Shown: positions 31,350 to 46,183, numbered from the stretch's first letter. The stretch: 64,000 nucleotides of DNA from Acidimicrobiales bacterium (GCA_033344915.1 JAWPML010000001.1:3241736-3305735); one strand, 5' to 3'. Translations and numbers: made by a program. The notes: a model not told the origin generated them from the sequence alone.

Positions 31350-31730
31350 TCAGGCGTCGGGGTCTTCGTCGAGGGCGGCCACGGCGTCGGCGTAGACGTC
31401 CTTGACGGGGACGATGCGGTCGAAGCCGGTGGTGTGCAGCAGCTTCGTGATGGCCTCGCGGTCACTGAATATGACGACGCGGCCCTCGGCCTCACGGATC
31501 CGGCGGATGCCGCCGATCAGGGCGCCGAGGCCGGCCGAGTCCATGAACTGGACGCCGGACAGGTTGACGACCACGCGCTTTTCGTCCGCAAGCTCGGCGA
31601 ACGCCTCCCGGAACTGGGCCACGGAGTACGCATCGAGCTCGCCCACGGGGGCGAGATCGACCTGGACACCGTCGTCGGAGCGGGAGGCGTTGATCTCGAG
31701 CACCGGCGCATCGTAACCCCTTCCGCTCAT
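31350..31730 (-). CDS. STAS-domain anti-sigma-factor antagonist
   Basis: The track ORF is trimmed to the ATG at 31730, giving 126 aa. The sequence GELDAYSVAQFREAF..VVVNLSGVQFMDSAGLGALIG contains the phosphorylatable DSAGLG context. Confidence 0.8.
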   Translation of the reverse strand: MSGRGYDAPVLEINASRSDDGVQVDLAPVGELDAYSVAQFREAFAELADEKRVVVNLSGVQFMDSAGLGALIGGIRRIREAEGRVVIFSDREAITKLLHTTGFDRIVPVKDVYADAVAALDEDPDA

Positions 31731-31793
31731 GGCCCACACGCGGCACCGCCCGGACAGGGGGGCCGTGGCGGCGGCGGTGTACGATTCGCACCC

Positions 31794-32183
31794 GTGACGG
31801 ACATTCTTCTCGCCACCGACGCCGACTGGCTCGTCGACGACGTGGAAGCCGCGCTCGGCGGTGTCCACCTGATCCATCGGGTCCGCGCCGGCGTGGACGT
31901 CGTCCCCGCCATCGAAGAGGTCGACCCGGCCCTCGTGCTGCTGGATCTCCAGATCGGCAACATGGGCGGCGTCGCCGCGTGCCTCGATGTGAAACAGCGC
32001 GTCGAGATGGGCGACTTCGACGACCGGCCCGTCATGTTGCTGCTCGACCGCGAGGTCGACGTCTTCCTCGCGCGCGAAGGCCGAGCCGACGGCTGGCTGA
32101 TCAAGCCGCTCGATGCGTTCCGCACGCTGCGGGCCGTCGAGGCCGCGCTCGCCGGCCACCCGGTGGCCGAAGCCAGCAGCTGA
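31794..32183 (+). CDS. Stand-alone response-regulator receiver domain protein
   Basis: GTG at 31794, 129 aa. It has ILLATDAD, the LVLLDLQ acceptor-Asp context and the LIKPLD (KP) motif. No output domain is present. Confidence 0.65.
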   Translation: MTDILLATDADWLVDDVEAALGGVHLIHRVRAGVDVVPAIEEVDPALVLLDLQIGNMGGVAACLDVKQRVEMGDFDDRPVMLLLDREVDVFLAREGRADGWLIKPLDAFRTLRAVEAALAGHPVAEASS

Positions 32184-32232
32184 TTTCTCGACCGATCGCC
32201 GAACGCGCCCGGTAACCTCGTGGGTCTGCACA

Positions 32233-32309
32233 CGGGCAGTGGCGCAGGTTGGTAGCGCGCCTCGTTCGGGACGAGGAGGTCGTGGGTTCAAATCCCGCCT
32301 GCCCGACCA
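32233..32309 (+). tRNA. tRNA-Pro (anticodon CGG)
   Basis: CGGGCAG/CTGCCCG acceptor, CCTCG-TTCGGGA-CGAGG anticodon arm, GTGGG-TTCAAAT-CCCGC T arm, and an encoded CCA. Confidence 0.9.
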
Positions 32310-32457
32310 AAATCCGGCCGACCCGGACCGAGCAGAGCAACGGGTCACGGCAACATCTCATCGATCGCGTCGACCCCGAACACCGTTCCGGTTACCAATG
32401 CGGCGGCCTTGTTCGAGAACCTTCGTGGAGAGCCCTCTCCGGCGCCTTCGCTGGCCG

Positions 32458-32898
32458 TCACATGGGCTCCAGGAACCTGAGGGCCAAGTCGACCGACACC
32501 TCGACGGACGTGTGCTCGATGCACCAGAGCCCGACTGCAGCCTGCGCACGACGGGCTTCAAGCACCACCGACGCCCACTCGCGGGAGTCACTCGCGTCTC
32601 CTTCTGCCCTTGCGGCGGACGCCGCCACAGAGAGTTGCAACAGGGTGGACAACTCGGTGCCCTCCACCGCCTCGACAACCGATCGCAGCGACTCCAAACC
32701 CTCCGCCCCGGCGGCCGAATCAAGCAGGTTCCGGGACCTCGCGATGTGCTCGTAAGCGTCGGCGACGAGTCCGCACTGGACATCCGCAGTCTCCATCGAC
32801 ATCGCAGCCGGGTCGTTGCCGCTACTGCATCCGAGTGTGAATAGCGCAACGACAATCGCGATCCCGCAGGTCCGAATCGCACCGACGCGTCCAGACAT
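32458..32898 (-). CDS. Hypothetical lipoprotein
   Basis: ATG at 32898, 146 aa. The signal peptide carries the lipobox ALFTLGC|SS. The mature part looks helical with two Cys residues. I do not recognise the family. Confidence 0.55.
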   Translation of the reverse strand: MSGRVGAIRTCGIAIVVALFTLGCSSGNDPAAMSMETADVQCGLVADAYEHIARSRNLLDSAAGAEGLESLRSVVEAVEGTELSTLLQLSVAASAARAEGDASDSREWASVVLEARRAQAAVGLWCIEHTSVEVSVDLALRFLEPM

Positions 32899-33262
32899 GT
32901 CGTCTTCAGGGGACGGATCGCAGCCGGATGCCCGCTCCCCCGGCGGCGCGGCCTCGAACCCGGTCACGCTGGGTACCAACCGACGACTGCCATGTCTCCA
33001 TGTCAGAAGTCCCATGTCCGAACGACCTCCCCGAGACCGGCGTCAGAGCCTACGACCCCGAGGGCTCCAGTACACGATCAGCGAAGCGTCCCGCGTGCGC
33101 GGACGGTCATAGTGTTCGATGTCGGCGCTGCCAAAGTCGAGAAGATCGGGTTCGTCGAACGACGGAACATGAGGGCTGGCTGGTGCGACCCGGCGTGGGG
33201 ATCGACCCGCTCGAGCGCGGAGCGGCGAACACAACTGAGCGGCGTCCACTACGGTCGGCGCG

Positions 33263-34210
33263 GTGACTGCGATGCAGCGTCGGCTCGGTGTGATCGCGAC
33301 GGTGGTCGCACTGCTCGCCGCAGGCTGTTGGAAGCCCGAACTCACCGTCACCTATCCCCACACCGTGCAGTCCGACATCGTCTACGGGCAAGGCGAGGTG
33401 GACGACGGCGGCACGTTCGAGGACCTGCTCCTCGACCTCTACGTCCCCACTGTGCCGGGTCAGACCATCTTCCCCCTCGCCGTCGTGATCCACGGCGGGA
33501 GTTTCACCTCCAACAACAAGACGCAACCGCGGGTCGTCAAGTGGGCCGAGGAGCTGGCCGGGCGCGGCTACATCGTGGCGTCGATCGACTATCGGCTGGC
33601 CGGCGACAAGCCCGTGCCGTCGGCGCGGGTCCAACCGCTGTTCGACGCGGTGGGTGGCGCCGCGGCCTCGAACCAGACGACGGCGGCGATCGCCGCCATC
33701 GACGACCTCATCATGGCGATCGAGTTCCTCCAGGCGCGCCCCGATGTCAGCGAGCACAACACCGCGCTCGTCGGCAACTCCGCCGGGTCGATCGCCGCGC
33801 TCTACGTCGGCTACACCCTCGACGACTACGGCATCGCTCGACCGCGCGTACACGCGGTGATCGACAACTGGGGTGGGTTCGAGTGGGCGAACACGCCGCC
33901 CGACGCGGCGACGTTCATCGACCGCATCGGCGAGGACGGCTACTACGAGCCGGCGCTGTTCATCGCCCACGGCACCGCCGACACCGTCGTGCCCTACTGG
34001 CACACCGAGGAGATCGTCGACCAGGCCGACATCGTCGGGCTTCGCTACGTGCTGTTCGAGAATGTCGGCGTCGGCCACGGCTTCGACCTGTTCACCACCG
34101 AGTTCAGCCCGGGCGTGTCCGTCTTCCAGGCCCAGGTGAACTGGCTCGACTCGGTGCTCATCGGCGTTGAGGACACGTCGACGACCACCACTCCCCCGAC
34201 CGTGCCCTGA
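33263..34210 (+). CDS. Lipoprotein carboxylesterase (alpha/beta hydrolase)
   Basis: Lipobox LLAAGC; HGG oxyanion motif (VVIHGGSF); nucleophile elbow GNSAGS; and the HGTADTVVP region. The tail is Thr/Pro-rich. An alternative ATG start is at 33272. Confidence 0.75.
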   Translation: MTAMQRRLGVIATVVALLAAGCWKPELTVTYPHTVQSDIVYGQGEVDDGGTFEDLLLDLYVPTVPGQTIFPLAVVIHGGSFTSNNKTQPRVVKWAEELAGRGYIVASIDYRLAGDKPVPSARVQPLFDAVGGAAASNQTTAAIAAIDDLIMAIEFLQARPDVSEHNTALVGNSAGSIAALYVGYTLDDYGIARPRVHAVIDNWGGFEWANTPPDAATFIDRIGEDGYYEPALFIAHGTADTVVPYWHTEEIVDQADIVGLRYVLFENVGVGHGFDLFTTEFSPGVSVFQAQVNWLDSVLIGVEDTSTTTTPPTVP

Positions 34211-34656
34211 TGATCCGGCGGATCGACCCCGCAGACGACCAGCTGACCGACCGCATCGTCGAGATCCAGCGAGCCGCCTACACGGTCGAAGCCGAGCTCA
34301 TCGGGTTCGACCGGATTCCCGTCCTCCAGGAGACGGCAGCGGACGTGCGGCACCAGCGTGGGTTGACCTGGCTCGGCGCGTTCGTGGACGACGCGCTTGC
34401 CGGCGTCATCGCCTGGACCCAGGACGGCGACACCGTCGACATCGACCGGCTCGCGATCGACCCGGCGTTCGCCCGTCGCGGGCTCGGTCGCGGCCTCGTC
34501 CGCGCGGTACCGGCGGCCCGTGAGACCACGGTGTCGACCGGCGCGGCCAACGCACCCGCCGTCGCCCTCTATGTCGGCGAGGGGTTCACCCGCGGCGAAG
34601 ACACCGAACTCGCGCCGGGCGTTTTCATGGCGCACTTCCGCCGTCGGCGGACGTAG
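34210..34656 (+). CDS. GNAT family N-acetyltransferase
   Basis: 148 aa. The acetyl-CoA motif is IDRLAIDPAFARRGLGRGLV. The start overlaps the upstream stop by 1 nt (TGATG). Confidence 0.8.
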   Translation: MIRRIDPADDQLTDRIVEIQRAAYTVEAELIGFDRIPVLQETAADVRHQRGLTWLGAFVDDALAGVIAWTQDGDTVDIDRLAIDPAFARRGLGRGLVRAVPAARETTVSTGAANAPAVALYVGEGFTRGEDTELAPGVFMAHFRRRRT

Positions 34657-34662
34657 CGCGGT

Positions 34663-34968
34663 CTAGACGTCGAGGCCGATGGCCTTGACCGGCCGGGCGG
34701 GGGTCATGTTCGGCGGCGCCGCCATCAGCGGCATGAACGCCTGCATGGCCGCCTGCATCGCCTCGCTCTGCCCGTGGCCCTGCATGGAGGACTCGTCGGT
34801 CATGATCGCGAAGAAGTGGAACGTGTCATCCGGCGCGCGGAAGTAGGCGTAGACCTCCGTCCCCGGTTCCTCGGTCGCCGCGTCGACCATGGTCGCGAGC
34901 ACGGCCTCCATCTCGTCGGCCTTGCCGTCCTGCGCGGTCAGCGTGCCGATCATCGCGGTCTTGCTCAT
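34663..34968 (-). CDS. ABM-domain (antibiotic biosynthesis monooxygenase-like) protein
   Basis: 101 aa ferredoxin-like protein: GTLTAQDGKADEMEAVLATMVDAATEEPGTEVYAYF. Confidence 0.7.
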   Translation of the reverse strand: MSKTAMIGTLTAQDGKADEMEAVLATMVDAATEEPGTEVYAYFRAPDDTFHFFAIMTDESSMQGHGQSEAMQAAMQAFMPLMAAPPNMTPARPVKAIGLDV

Positions 34969-35124
34969 GGGCTGTCTCCGATTTTCGCGGCGAGGCCGCG
35001 TTCCGATTCGCCGGGGGTGGCGCCGACATCACTAGCACGAACCGCGTCCGCCGATCGTCGCCAGAGATGCGGCATCGACCGATTGCTGCCACTCTGGGTG
35101 GGCAATGGCAACCGAGGGGGACCT

Positions 35125-36327
35125 GTGGATCAGTCAATCGTGAGACGCGACGTGAGCCGGCGCGGGTTCCTGCGGGCGAGCTCGCTCGGGTCGGCCGCCG
35201 TGGTGTTCGGTGGCGCCGCGGTGCTCTCGGCGTGCGATCCGGTCGGGCTGCTCGCCGCGAACGCCCACGGACTGAAGCTGCACCCGTTCTTCACCAGCCG
35301 GAGCGTGGCCACCACCGGCACGACGGTCGCCGGCACGGCCTACGAGTGGCACATCTGGCCCGATGGGGGCGCCTGCTTCGCGCTCCCGGACGGCGGCTGG
35401 TCCTATGTCTCCAACAGCGAACTCAACGGGGGCGTCGGCTTCATCCGCTTCGACGCGGCCGGCAACATCACCGACGCCGGGAACTGCCTGACCGGCACGT
35501 TCATCAACTGTGCGGGTGGCAAGACACCGTGGGAGACCTGGCTCAGCTGCGAGGAACACGACAACGGGTTCGTGTGGGAATGCGACCCGCTGGGCGCGGT
35601 ACCGGGCGTCAAGCGCGAACTGATGGGGCGCTTCCCCCACGAGGCCGCGGCCTGCGATCCGGTCGGCCAGGCGGTCTACATGACCGAGGACCGTTCCGAC
35701 GGTGGCTTCTACCGATTCATCCCCACGACCTGGGGCGATCTCTCCGCCGGCGTGCTCGAGATCATGACCGAACCGACGGCGGGCACCCTCGTATGGGCGC
35801 CCGTCCCCGACCCGCTGGCCGCCACCACGAAGTGTCGTGAGCAGGTGGCCGACACCAAGACCTTCGCGGGCGGCGAGGGCATCGATCTCGCCCACGGAAA
35901 GATCGTCTTCACCACCAAGGGCGACAACAAGGTGTGGGAGTACGACCCCGTCGCGAACACGCTCGCGGTCATCCACGACCCGACCATCCACGTCAACAGC
36001 ATCCTGTCGGGCGTCGACAACCTCGAGGTGTCCGACGACGGCGTGATCTATGTGGCCGAGGACGGTGGCGACATGCAGATCGTGCTCGTGCGGCCCGACG
36101 GCACCACCTTTCCGGTGGTGCAGGTCGAGGGTGTCGAGAACTCCGAGATCTGCGGCCCGGCCTTCGACCCGTCCGGCACCCGCCTCTACTTCAGCTCGCA
36201 GCGCAATCCGGGCGAGACCTTCGAGGTGACCGGGCCGTGGGCGGCGTTCACCGACCCCGGGCCCTTCGAGTGGCCGCCCGACTCCGGCCGGTCGATCACG
36301 CTGGCCGATCTCGAACCCTTCACCTGA
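35125..36327 (+). CDS. Tat-exported DUF839 / PhoX-like beta-propeller protein
   Basis: GTG at 35125 with a GAGGGGG RBS. The twin-arginine signal is SRRGFLRASSLG. FINCAGGKTPWETWLSCEEH is typical of the PhoX/DUF839 family. Confidence 0.75.
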   Translation: MDQSIVRRDVSRRGFLRASSLGSAAVVFGGAAVLSACDPVGLLAANAHGLKLHPFFTSRSVATTGTTVAGTAYEWHIWPDGGACFALPDGGWSYVSNSELNGGVGFIRFDAAGNITDAGNCLTGTFINCAGGKTPWETWLSCEEHDNGFVWECDPLGAVPGVKRELMGRFPHEAAACDPVGQAVYMTEDRSDGGFYRFIPTTWGDLSAGVLEIMTEPTAGTLVWAPVPDPLAATTKCREQVADTKTFAGGEGIDLAHGKIVFTTKGDNKVWEYDPVANTLAVIHDPTIHVNSILSGVDNLEVSDDGVIYVAEDGGDMQIVLVRPDGTTFPVVQVEGVENSEICGPAFDPSGTRLYFSSQRNPGETFEVTGPWAAFTDPGPFEWPPDSGRSITLADLEPFT

Positions 36328-37950
<1,623 letters not shown>

Positions 37951-37969
37951 GCCGGTCGGCGCCGGCGGC

Positions 37970-41047
<3,078 letters not shown>

Positions 41048-41126
41048 CTAGGAGGCTTCGGATCCCGGCGAAGTTTTTCCTGTTCAGGGGTTGCGAAGGC
41101 GAACGTGTGTTCGCTATGGTGATCGT

Positions 41127-42359
41127 ATGTTCACCGCGACGATCACGGCGATGCGACAGGACCGACTCGACGGTCTCCCGCGCGCCGAGCTCGTCGACCG
41201 GGTCGAGGAGCTGCGGCGATTCCGCGGCGCGGTCGCCGACTACGAAGCGCGGCTGGTACGGGCGATCGACTCGCTGGACGACAACGGTCTCGACGGGCGC
41301 GGTGTGCTGCGCTCCCACGGGCGCGTCTCCGGCAAGACCGCGCATCGGGCGGCGCGGACCGCGCACGGGTTGGCCGACATGCCGCGTGCGGCAGCCGCGC
41401 TACGCGACGGGCGCATCACGGTCGAGCACGCCCATTCGCTCACCAAGGCCGGCCGCGAGATCGACCCCGAACTGGCTGACGCCGAGCTCGTGGAGATCGC
41501 GGAGGCGTCGCCGGCGGACCTGTTCGCCAAGCGCACCACCGAATGGATCGCGAAGCGGACCCGCAAAGACCCGAAGCCTGATCACGACGCCCAACGACGC
41601 GCCCGCACCCTGAAGCGCTGGGACGACAAGGCGACCGGGCTGCGCATGTTCCTCCTCGGCGTCGATCAAACCACCGGGGCACTCCTCGACGCCGACATCA
41701 ACCGACTCGAACAAACACTCTGGAACGACGACGGCGGCCGCAACGCCGACCCCGCAACCGCCCGCACCCTCGACCAGCGCCTCGCCGACGCCGTCACCCA
41801 ACTCATCACCGGCGCGCGCCGCGAAGGCGACCGGCCACCGCATCCGAAGTCCAACGTCACTGTCCTCATCGACATCGCCGCCATGACTTCAGACGACGGC
41901 AGCCCGCTCGCCTCGTTGGTCCAGGACGGACAACCACTCCCCGCATCGGTCCTCGACCGGCTCCTGTGCGTCTCCACCATCACGCCGATCCTGTTCAACG
42001 GGCCCGCCAACCCCATCTGGGTCGGACGCGACCACCGCCACGCCACCCTCACCCAATGGCGCGCCCTCATCGCCCGCGACCGCGGCTGCATCGGCTGCGG
42101 CGCCACCCCCGACCGCTGCGAAGCCCACCACATCGAACACTGGGAACACCACGGCGACACCGACATCGACAACCTCGTCCTCGTCTGCACCCGCTGCCAC
42201 CACAACATCCACGACCGCGGCCACACCCTCCACCGGACAAACGGCCGCTGGACCATCCGACCACCCGGCGCCCCACCCGCCGACAAACAACCGCACTTCC
42301 CCACCCACGACTTCCCCACGACACCAGAACCCGCCCACATCACGCCCCACGCGGCATGA
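41127..42359 (+). CDS. DUF222 plus HNH endonuclease domain protein (REP13E12-like family)
   Basis: ATG at 41127. The N-terminus is DUF222-like (ELVDRVEELRRFRGAVADYEARLV..GRITVEHA). The HNH motif is CIGCG..CEAHHIEHWEHHGDTDIDNLVLVCTRCHHNIH. Confidence 0.85.
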   Translation: MFTATITAMRQDRLDGLPRAELVDRVEELRRFRGAVADYEARLVRAIDSLDDNGLDGRGVLRSHGRVSGKTAHRAARTAHGLADMPRAAAALRDGRITVEHAHSLTKAGREIDPELADAELVEIAEASPADLFAKRTTEWIAKRTRKDPKPDHDAQRRARTLKRWDDKATGLRMFLLGVDQTTGALLDADINRLEQTLWNDDGGRNADPATARTLDQRLADAVTQLITGARREGDRPPHPKSNVTVLIDIAAMTSDDGSPLASLVQDGQPLPASVLDRLLCVSTITPILFNGPANPIWVGRDHRHATLTQWRALIARDRGCIGCGATPDRCEAHHIEHWEHHGDTDIDNLVLVCTRCHHNIHDRGHTLHRTNGRWTIRPPGAPPADKQPHFPTHDFPTTPEPAHITPHAA

Positions 42360-42463
42360 CCACGGCACGGAACTGACCGTCGTCTCGCACCTTGACAACT
42401 GAAGACCCCACGCCGGGGCGAGTGCCTTCGCCCGGAGCGGGTGCGGCCGCGTAGTCTCCGGCC

Positions 42464-43375
42464 ATGGCTGAACCCGTTCTCCTGTCGACGTTGGACATGG
42501 CGAGATTCGTCGCCGACGGTTTCCTCCGCTTCGACGGTCTCGTCCCGCCCGAGCTCAACGATGCGGCGATGCTCGAACTCGAGCAGCTGAAGGACTTCGC
42601 TCCCTTCGAGGGCAACCCGCTGCGGCCCCGCTCCGGCACACCGCTCGCCGATTGTTGGCCGAACGACAGCGCGATCAGGCAGATCTACGACCTGCCGGTC
42701 CTCGCCGGCGCGATCCGGTCACTCGTGGGTGACGATCCGATCTACGACCACCAGTTCTGCCACTACATCCCGTCCGGGTCGCAGGGCTTCCAGGACCTCC
42801 ACTGTGATGCGGCGATCGACAGCTTCGACCCGACCTTCGACATCCAGGTGTTCTACTTCCCCCGGGCGCTCGCCCCCGGCGCCGGCGGCACCCGATTCGT
42901 GCCGGGGAGCCATCTGCGGATGGTCCACGAGAACAGCGTGGCCCGCTATCAGCACATCGTCGGCGAGCAGTTCTACGCCGGTGAAGCCGGCACGGTGCTG
43001 ATCTTCCATCACGGCCTCTGGCACGCGGGCCAGGCGAACCCGTCCGACGACGACCGCTGGATGTTCAAGGTGCGCATCAACCCGAGCGAGCGTCAGGTCC
43101 GCAAGTGGGACACCAGCGACTACGACGCGGCGACGTCGGGCAACTGGGATCACATGTTCGCCACGATGGCGCAGGAGGAGACGGTGGCGAGCCACCTGCG
43201 GCGGGCCCACCCGTGGACCGTCGCCGGCCAGGATCGGCTCGACACCATCCAGCGGGTGAGCCTCTGGCGCTATCTGTCGGGCGACGACGAGTTCGATGTC
43301 GACTGGTACCACACCCGTACCGAACGCCGCGCCGCACTGCTCGAGGATGCACTGCTCGAGGACGGCAGCCGATGA
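42464..43375 (+). CDS. Phytanoyl-CoA dioxygenase (PhyH) family Fe(II)/2OG oxygenase
   Basis: 303 aa with the HCD facial-triad context (DLHCDAAID) and the distal His in LIFHHGLWHAG. Confidence 0.75.
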   Translation: MAEPVLLSTLDMARFVADGFLRFDGLVPPELNDAAMLELEQLKDFAPFEGNPLRPRSGTPLADCWPNDSAIRQIYDLPVLAGAIRSLVGDDPIYDHQFCHYIPSGSQGFQDLHCDAAIDSFDPTFDIQVFYFPRALAPGAGGTRFVPGSHLRMVHENSVARYQHIVGEQFYAGEAGTVLIFHHGLWHAGQANPSDDDRWMFKVRINPSERQVRKWDTSDYDAATSGNWDHMFATMAQEETVASHLRRAHPWTVAGQDRLDTIQRVSLWRYLSGDDEFDVDWYHTRTERRAALLEDALLEDGSR

Positions 43376-43653
43376 CGGCCCGCCAGCAGCTGCTGCACCT
43401 CTACACGAGCAACTCGGCGATCACGAGCCCGGTGATCGCGTGGGCATTCCACGACGGCACGTTGGGCGCCGGGCCCGGCCTGTCCGAGGAGGAGGGCGCG
43501 CCGCCGTATCGCACCGGGGTGAAGGCGATCGAGGACGGCTGGCGTCTCATCCAGATGTCCGCCCTGGCCGACCCCGTCGAGGGATCCGAACGCCAGTCCA
43601 GCTATCTGCGCTACGAGTGCCTCTTCGAGCGGATGATCGAACTCGACTCGTGA
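43372..43653 (+). CDS. Hypothetical small protein (93 aa)
   Basis: The ATG overlaps the PhyH stop in an ATGA and third-position GC is high. I do not recognise the family. Confidence 0.6.
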   Translation: MTARQQLLHLYTSNSAITSPVIAWAFHDGTLGAGPGLSEEEGAPPYRTGVKAIEDGWRLIQMSALADPVEGSERQSSYLRYECLFERMIELDS

Positions 43654-44570
43654 CCGGCACGAGGCACCGCATCCTCGATGGCGACACGCCGGGCATGGAG
43701 CACTGCCACGGGATGGTCAACATCAACGGGCCGTCGGTGATCCGCCGCCCCGACTGGGTGGATCTTCCCGGTCGCTACCTCCTCTACTTCGCCCACCACT
43801 GCGGCAGCCACATTCGCCTCGCCCACGCCGATCACCTCGCCGGGCCGTGGACCCTGCACGAGGGCGGCGTGCTCCACATCGACGACACGCCGGCGGCCGG
43901 GCCGATTCCGCATGTCGCGTCACCCGACGTGCACGAGGTCGACGGGCGACTGCGGATGTACTTCCACTGTCTGTTCGACGACGACGCGAACACGGGGCAG
44001 CCCTTCTGGGGGAACGCGCGGGGCTACCTCCAGGGAACCCTGATCGCCGAGTCGACCGACGGCGTACGCTTCACCCTCCGCGACGACACGGTGATCACCT
44101 CGCCGTATCTGCGCATGATCCGCCGGCCGGATGCCTGGTACGGGATCTCGATGCAGGACTGGCTCTGGCGCTCACCCGACGGACTCACCGGCTGGGAGCA
44201 CCGACGGGTGCTCAGCGACGACATCGCCCGCCATGTCGGCCTCGACCTGGTTCTCGGTGGCGGGGTCGGGGATCGGCTCGACGTCTACTTCACCTCGTTC
44301 GTCGATCCACCGGAGCGGATCAAACGACGATCGATCGAGCTGACCGACGACTGGACGACCTGGACACCGGGCCAGGTGGAGGAGGTGCTCCGTCCCGTCG
44401 AGGCGTGGGAGGGCGCCGACCTCGAGGTGACGGACTCGTTCCCCGGCCCCACCCCGGAGCCGCAGCATGCGCTCCGTGACCCCTTCGTGTTCCGGGACGA
44501 CGACGGGTCGGCCCATCTCTTCTACGCTGCCGCGGGAGAGTTCGCGATGGGGGTGACGGCGCTGTCATGA
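43650..44570 (+). CDS. Glycoside-hydrolase-like five-bladed beta-propeller protein (GH43/GH32 clan-like)
   Basis: The GTG overlaps the upstream stop in a GTGA. It has blade-like repeats and a LRDPFVFRDDDG (RDP) motif. The assignment is tentative. Confidence 0.55.
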   Translation: MTGTRHRILDGDTPGMEHCHGMVNINGPSVIRRPDWVDLPGRYLLYFAHHCGSHIRLAHADHLAGPWTLHEGGVLHIDDTPAAGPIPHVASPDVHEVDGRLRMYFHCLFDDDANTGQPFWGNARGYLQGTLIAESTDGVRFTLRDDTVITSPYLRMIRRPDAWYGISMQDWLWRSPDGLTGWEHRRVLSDDIARHVGLDLVLGGGVGDRLDVYFTSFVDPPERIKRRSIELTDDWTTWTPGQVEEVLRPVEAWEGADLEVTDSFPGPTPEPQHALRDPFVFRDDDGSAHLFYAAAGEFAMGVTALS

Positions 44571-46183
44571 GTCGACCGAACATCCTGAGCATCTCGTTCG
44601 AGGACTGCACCCCCTGGTTCGGCTGCTACGGCCATCCGGTGCGCACGCCCAACGTCGACCGGCTCGCCGCCGAGGGCGGGATGTGGCCCAACGCGTTCAC
44701 CCCGGCCCCGGTGTGCTCGCCGACCCGCAGCGCGGTGATGACCGGCATGCATCCGGTGAGCCTCGGCACCCACCACATGCGCACGATCACCTACCGCGAT
44801 CAGGGGATGAACGGCTACGAGGCGGTCATCCCCCACTATGTGCGCTGCTATCCCGAGTATCTGCGGGCGGCCGGCTACTGGTGCACCAACGACGGCAAGC
44901 ACGACTACCAGTTCACCGCGCCGGTGACGGTCTGGGACGAGACCAGCAACCCCTGGATGGAGGACGGCACCGCCCACTGGCGCCATCGTCCGGACGCCGA
45001 TCAGCCGTTCCTCGCCCAGTTCAACCTCGGGGCCACCCACGAGAGTCAGAGCTGGGAAGGCACCCAGTTCGACGAGAACGACATCGACCTCGACACGGTC
45101 ATCGTGCCGCCCTACTTCCCCGACACGGGCAAGGTCCGGGAGTCACTGGCCCGGGTCTACGCGTCGATCGAGCACAACGACCGGATCGTCGGCGAGCTCC
45201 TCGACCAGCTCGAGGAGGACGGACTGACCGACTCCACGGCGGTCTTCATCTGGACCGACCACGGCCCGCTCCCCCGCGGCAAGCGCTGGCCCTACGACAG
45301 CGGGATCCACAGTCCGATGATCGTCCGCTGGCCGGGCGAGATCGAGCCGGGAACGCGCCACGACGAGCTCCTGAGCGTGATGGACCTGGGGCCGACGTTC
45401 CTGTCGATGGCCGGCGTGACGGTGCCGCCCCACCTGCACGGCAAGCCGTTCCTCGGCGCCGCCGCGGACGGGGGCGGCGGGCACGACTATGTGTTCGCCA
45501 CCCGGGACCGGTTCGACCAGCACTACGACATGGTGCGCGCCAGCCGCGACACCCGCTGGAAGTACATCCGCCACAGCTTCCCGAACGACCCCTACGTCGG
45601 GTGGGTCAGCTATCGCAACCACCACCCGATCATGGAGGAGCTGTGGCGGCTCCACGTGGCCGACGAACTCGACGACACCCAGGCCCGGTTCATGGCCTCC
45701 ACCCGGCCGGCCGAGGAGCTGTACGACACCGAGGCCGACCCCTACGAGATCGACAATCTCGCCGCGGATCCCGCCCACCGCGACGTGCTCGAGCGTCATC
45801 GCGCCGCCCTCGACGCGTGGCAGACCGAGGTCGGTGATCTCGGCTTCGTCACCGAGAACGTGATGATCGACATGATGTGGCCCGGCCGCGTGCAACCCAT
45901 CACCGGCGGGCCGAAGTTCGTCGTCCACAACGAGACCGAGAGCGGGCGCACCGACTCGCCGGACGGCGGCGAGTTCGCCGGTCCGGTGCTGCTCCAACTC
46001 CACTGCGACACGCAGGGTGCGTCGATCGGCTGGACCACCGAGTCCGGCGACGAACCCCGCTGGCTCGTGTACCACGAACCGATCCGGCTCGACGCGGGGC
46101 AGACGGTCACCGTGCGGTCGCTCGCCCACCGCATCGGCTACGCCCCGAGCGGCGAGTCATCGGCCACGTTCACGATCACATGA
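44567..46183 (+). CDS. Type I sulfatase (Cys-type)
   Basis: 538 aa. The canonical formylglycine motif is PVCSPTRSAVMTGM (Cys codon at 44714-44716). The start overlaps the upstream stop in an ATGA. Confidence 0.9.
   Translation: MSRPNILSISFEDCTPWFGCYGHPVRTPNVDRLAAEGGMWPNAFTPAPVCSPTRSAVMTGMHPVSLGTHHMRTITYRDQGMNGYEAVIPHYVRCYPEYLRAAGYWCTNDGKHDYQFTAPVTVWDETSNPWMEDGTAHWRHRPDADQPFLAQFNLGATHESQSWEGTQFDENDIDLDTVIVPPYFPDTGKVRESLARVYASIEHNDRIVGELLDQLEEDGLTDSTAVFIWTDHGPLPRGKRWPYDSGIHSPMIVRWPGEIEPGTRHDELLSVMDLGPTFLSMAGVTVPPHLHGKPFLGAAADGGGGHDYVFATRDRFDQHYDMVRASRDTRWKYIRHSFPNDPYVGWVSYRNHHPIMEELWRLHVADELDDTQARFMASTRPAEELYDTEADPYEIDNLAADPAHRDVLERHRAALDAWQTEVGDLGFVTENVMIDMMWPGRVQPITGGPKFVVHNETESGRTDSPDGGEFAGPVLLQLHCDTQGASIGWTTESGDEPRWLVYHEPIRLDAGQTVTVRSLAHRIGYAPSGESSATFTIT

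Noticed and set aside
33043-33351. A minus-strand 102-aa ORF in the gap between the lipoprotein and esterase genes, with a protein-like tail (PSFDEPDLLDFGSADIEHYDRP).
   Set aside because: It has no plausible start or RBS for the protein-like part. The N-terminal part overlaps the esterase start on the other strand. Its composition is otherwise artefact-like. It may be a gene remnant, but the sequence alone does not support it.
32310-34210. A possible genomic island integrated at tRNA-Pro. Supporting signs were a lipoprotein of unknown family and a 360-bp gap of slightly lower GC at 32899-33262.
   Set aside because: I found no direct repeat of the tRNA 3' end downstream, and no integrase or recombinase. 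The GC drop is modest (about 62-65% by hand count) and is explained by a divergent promoter region.
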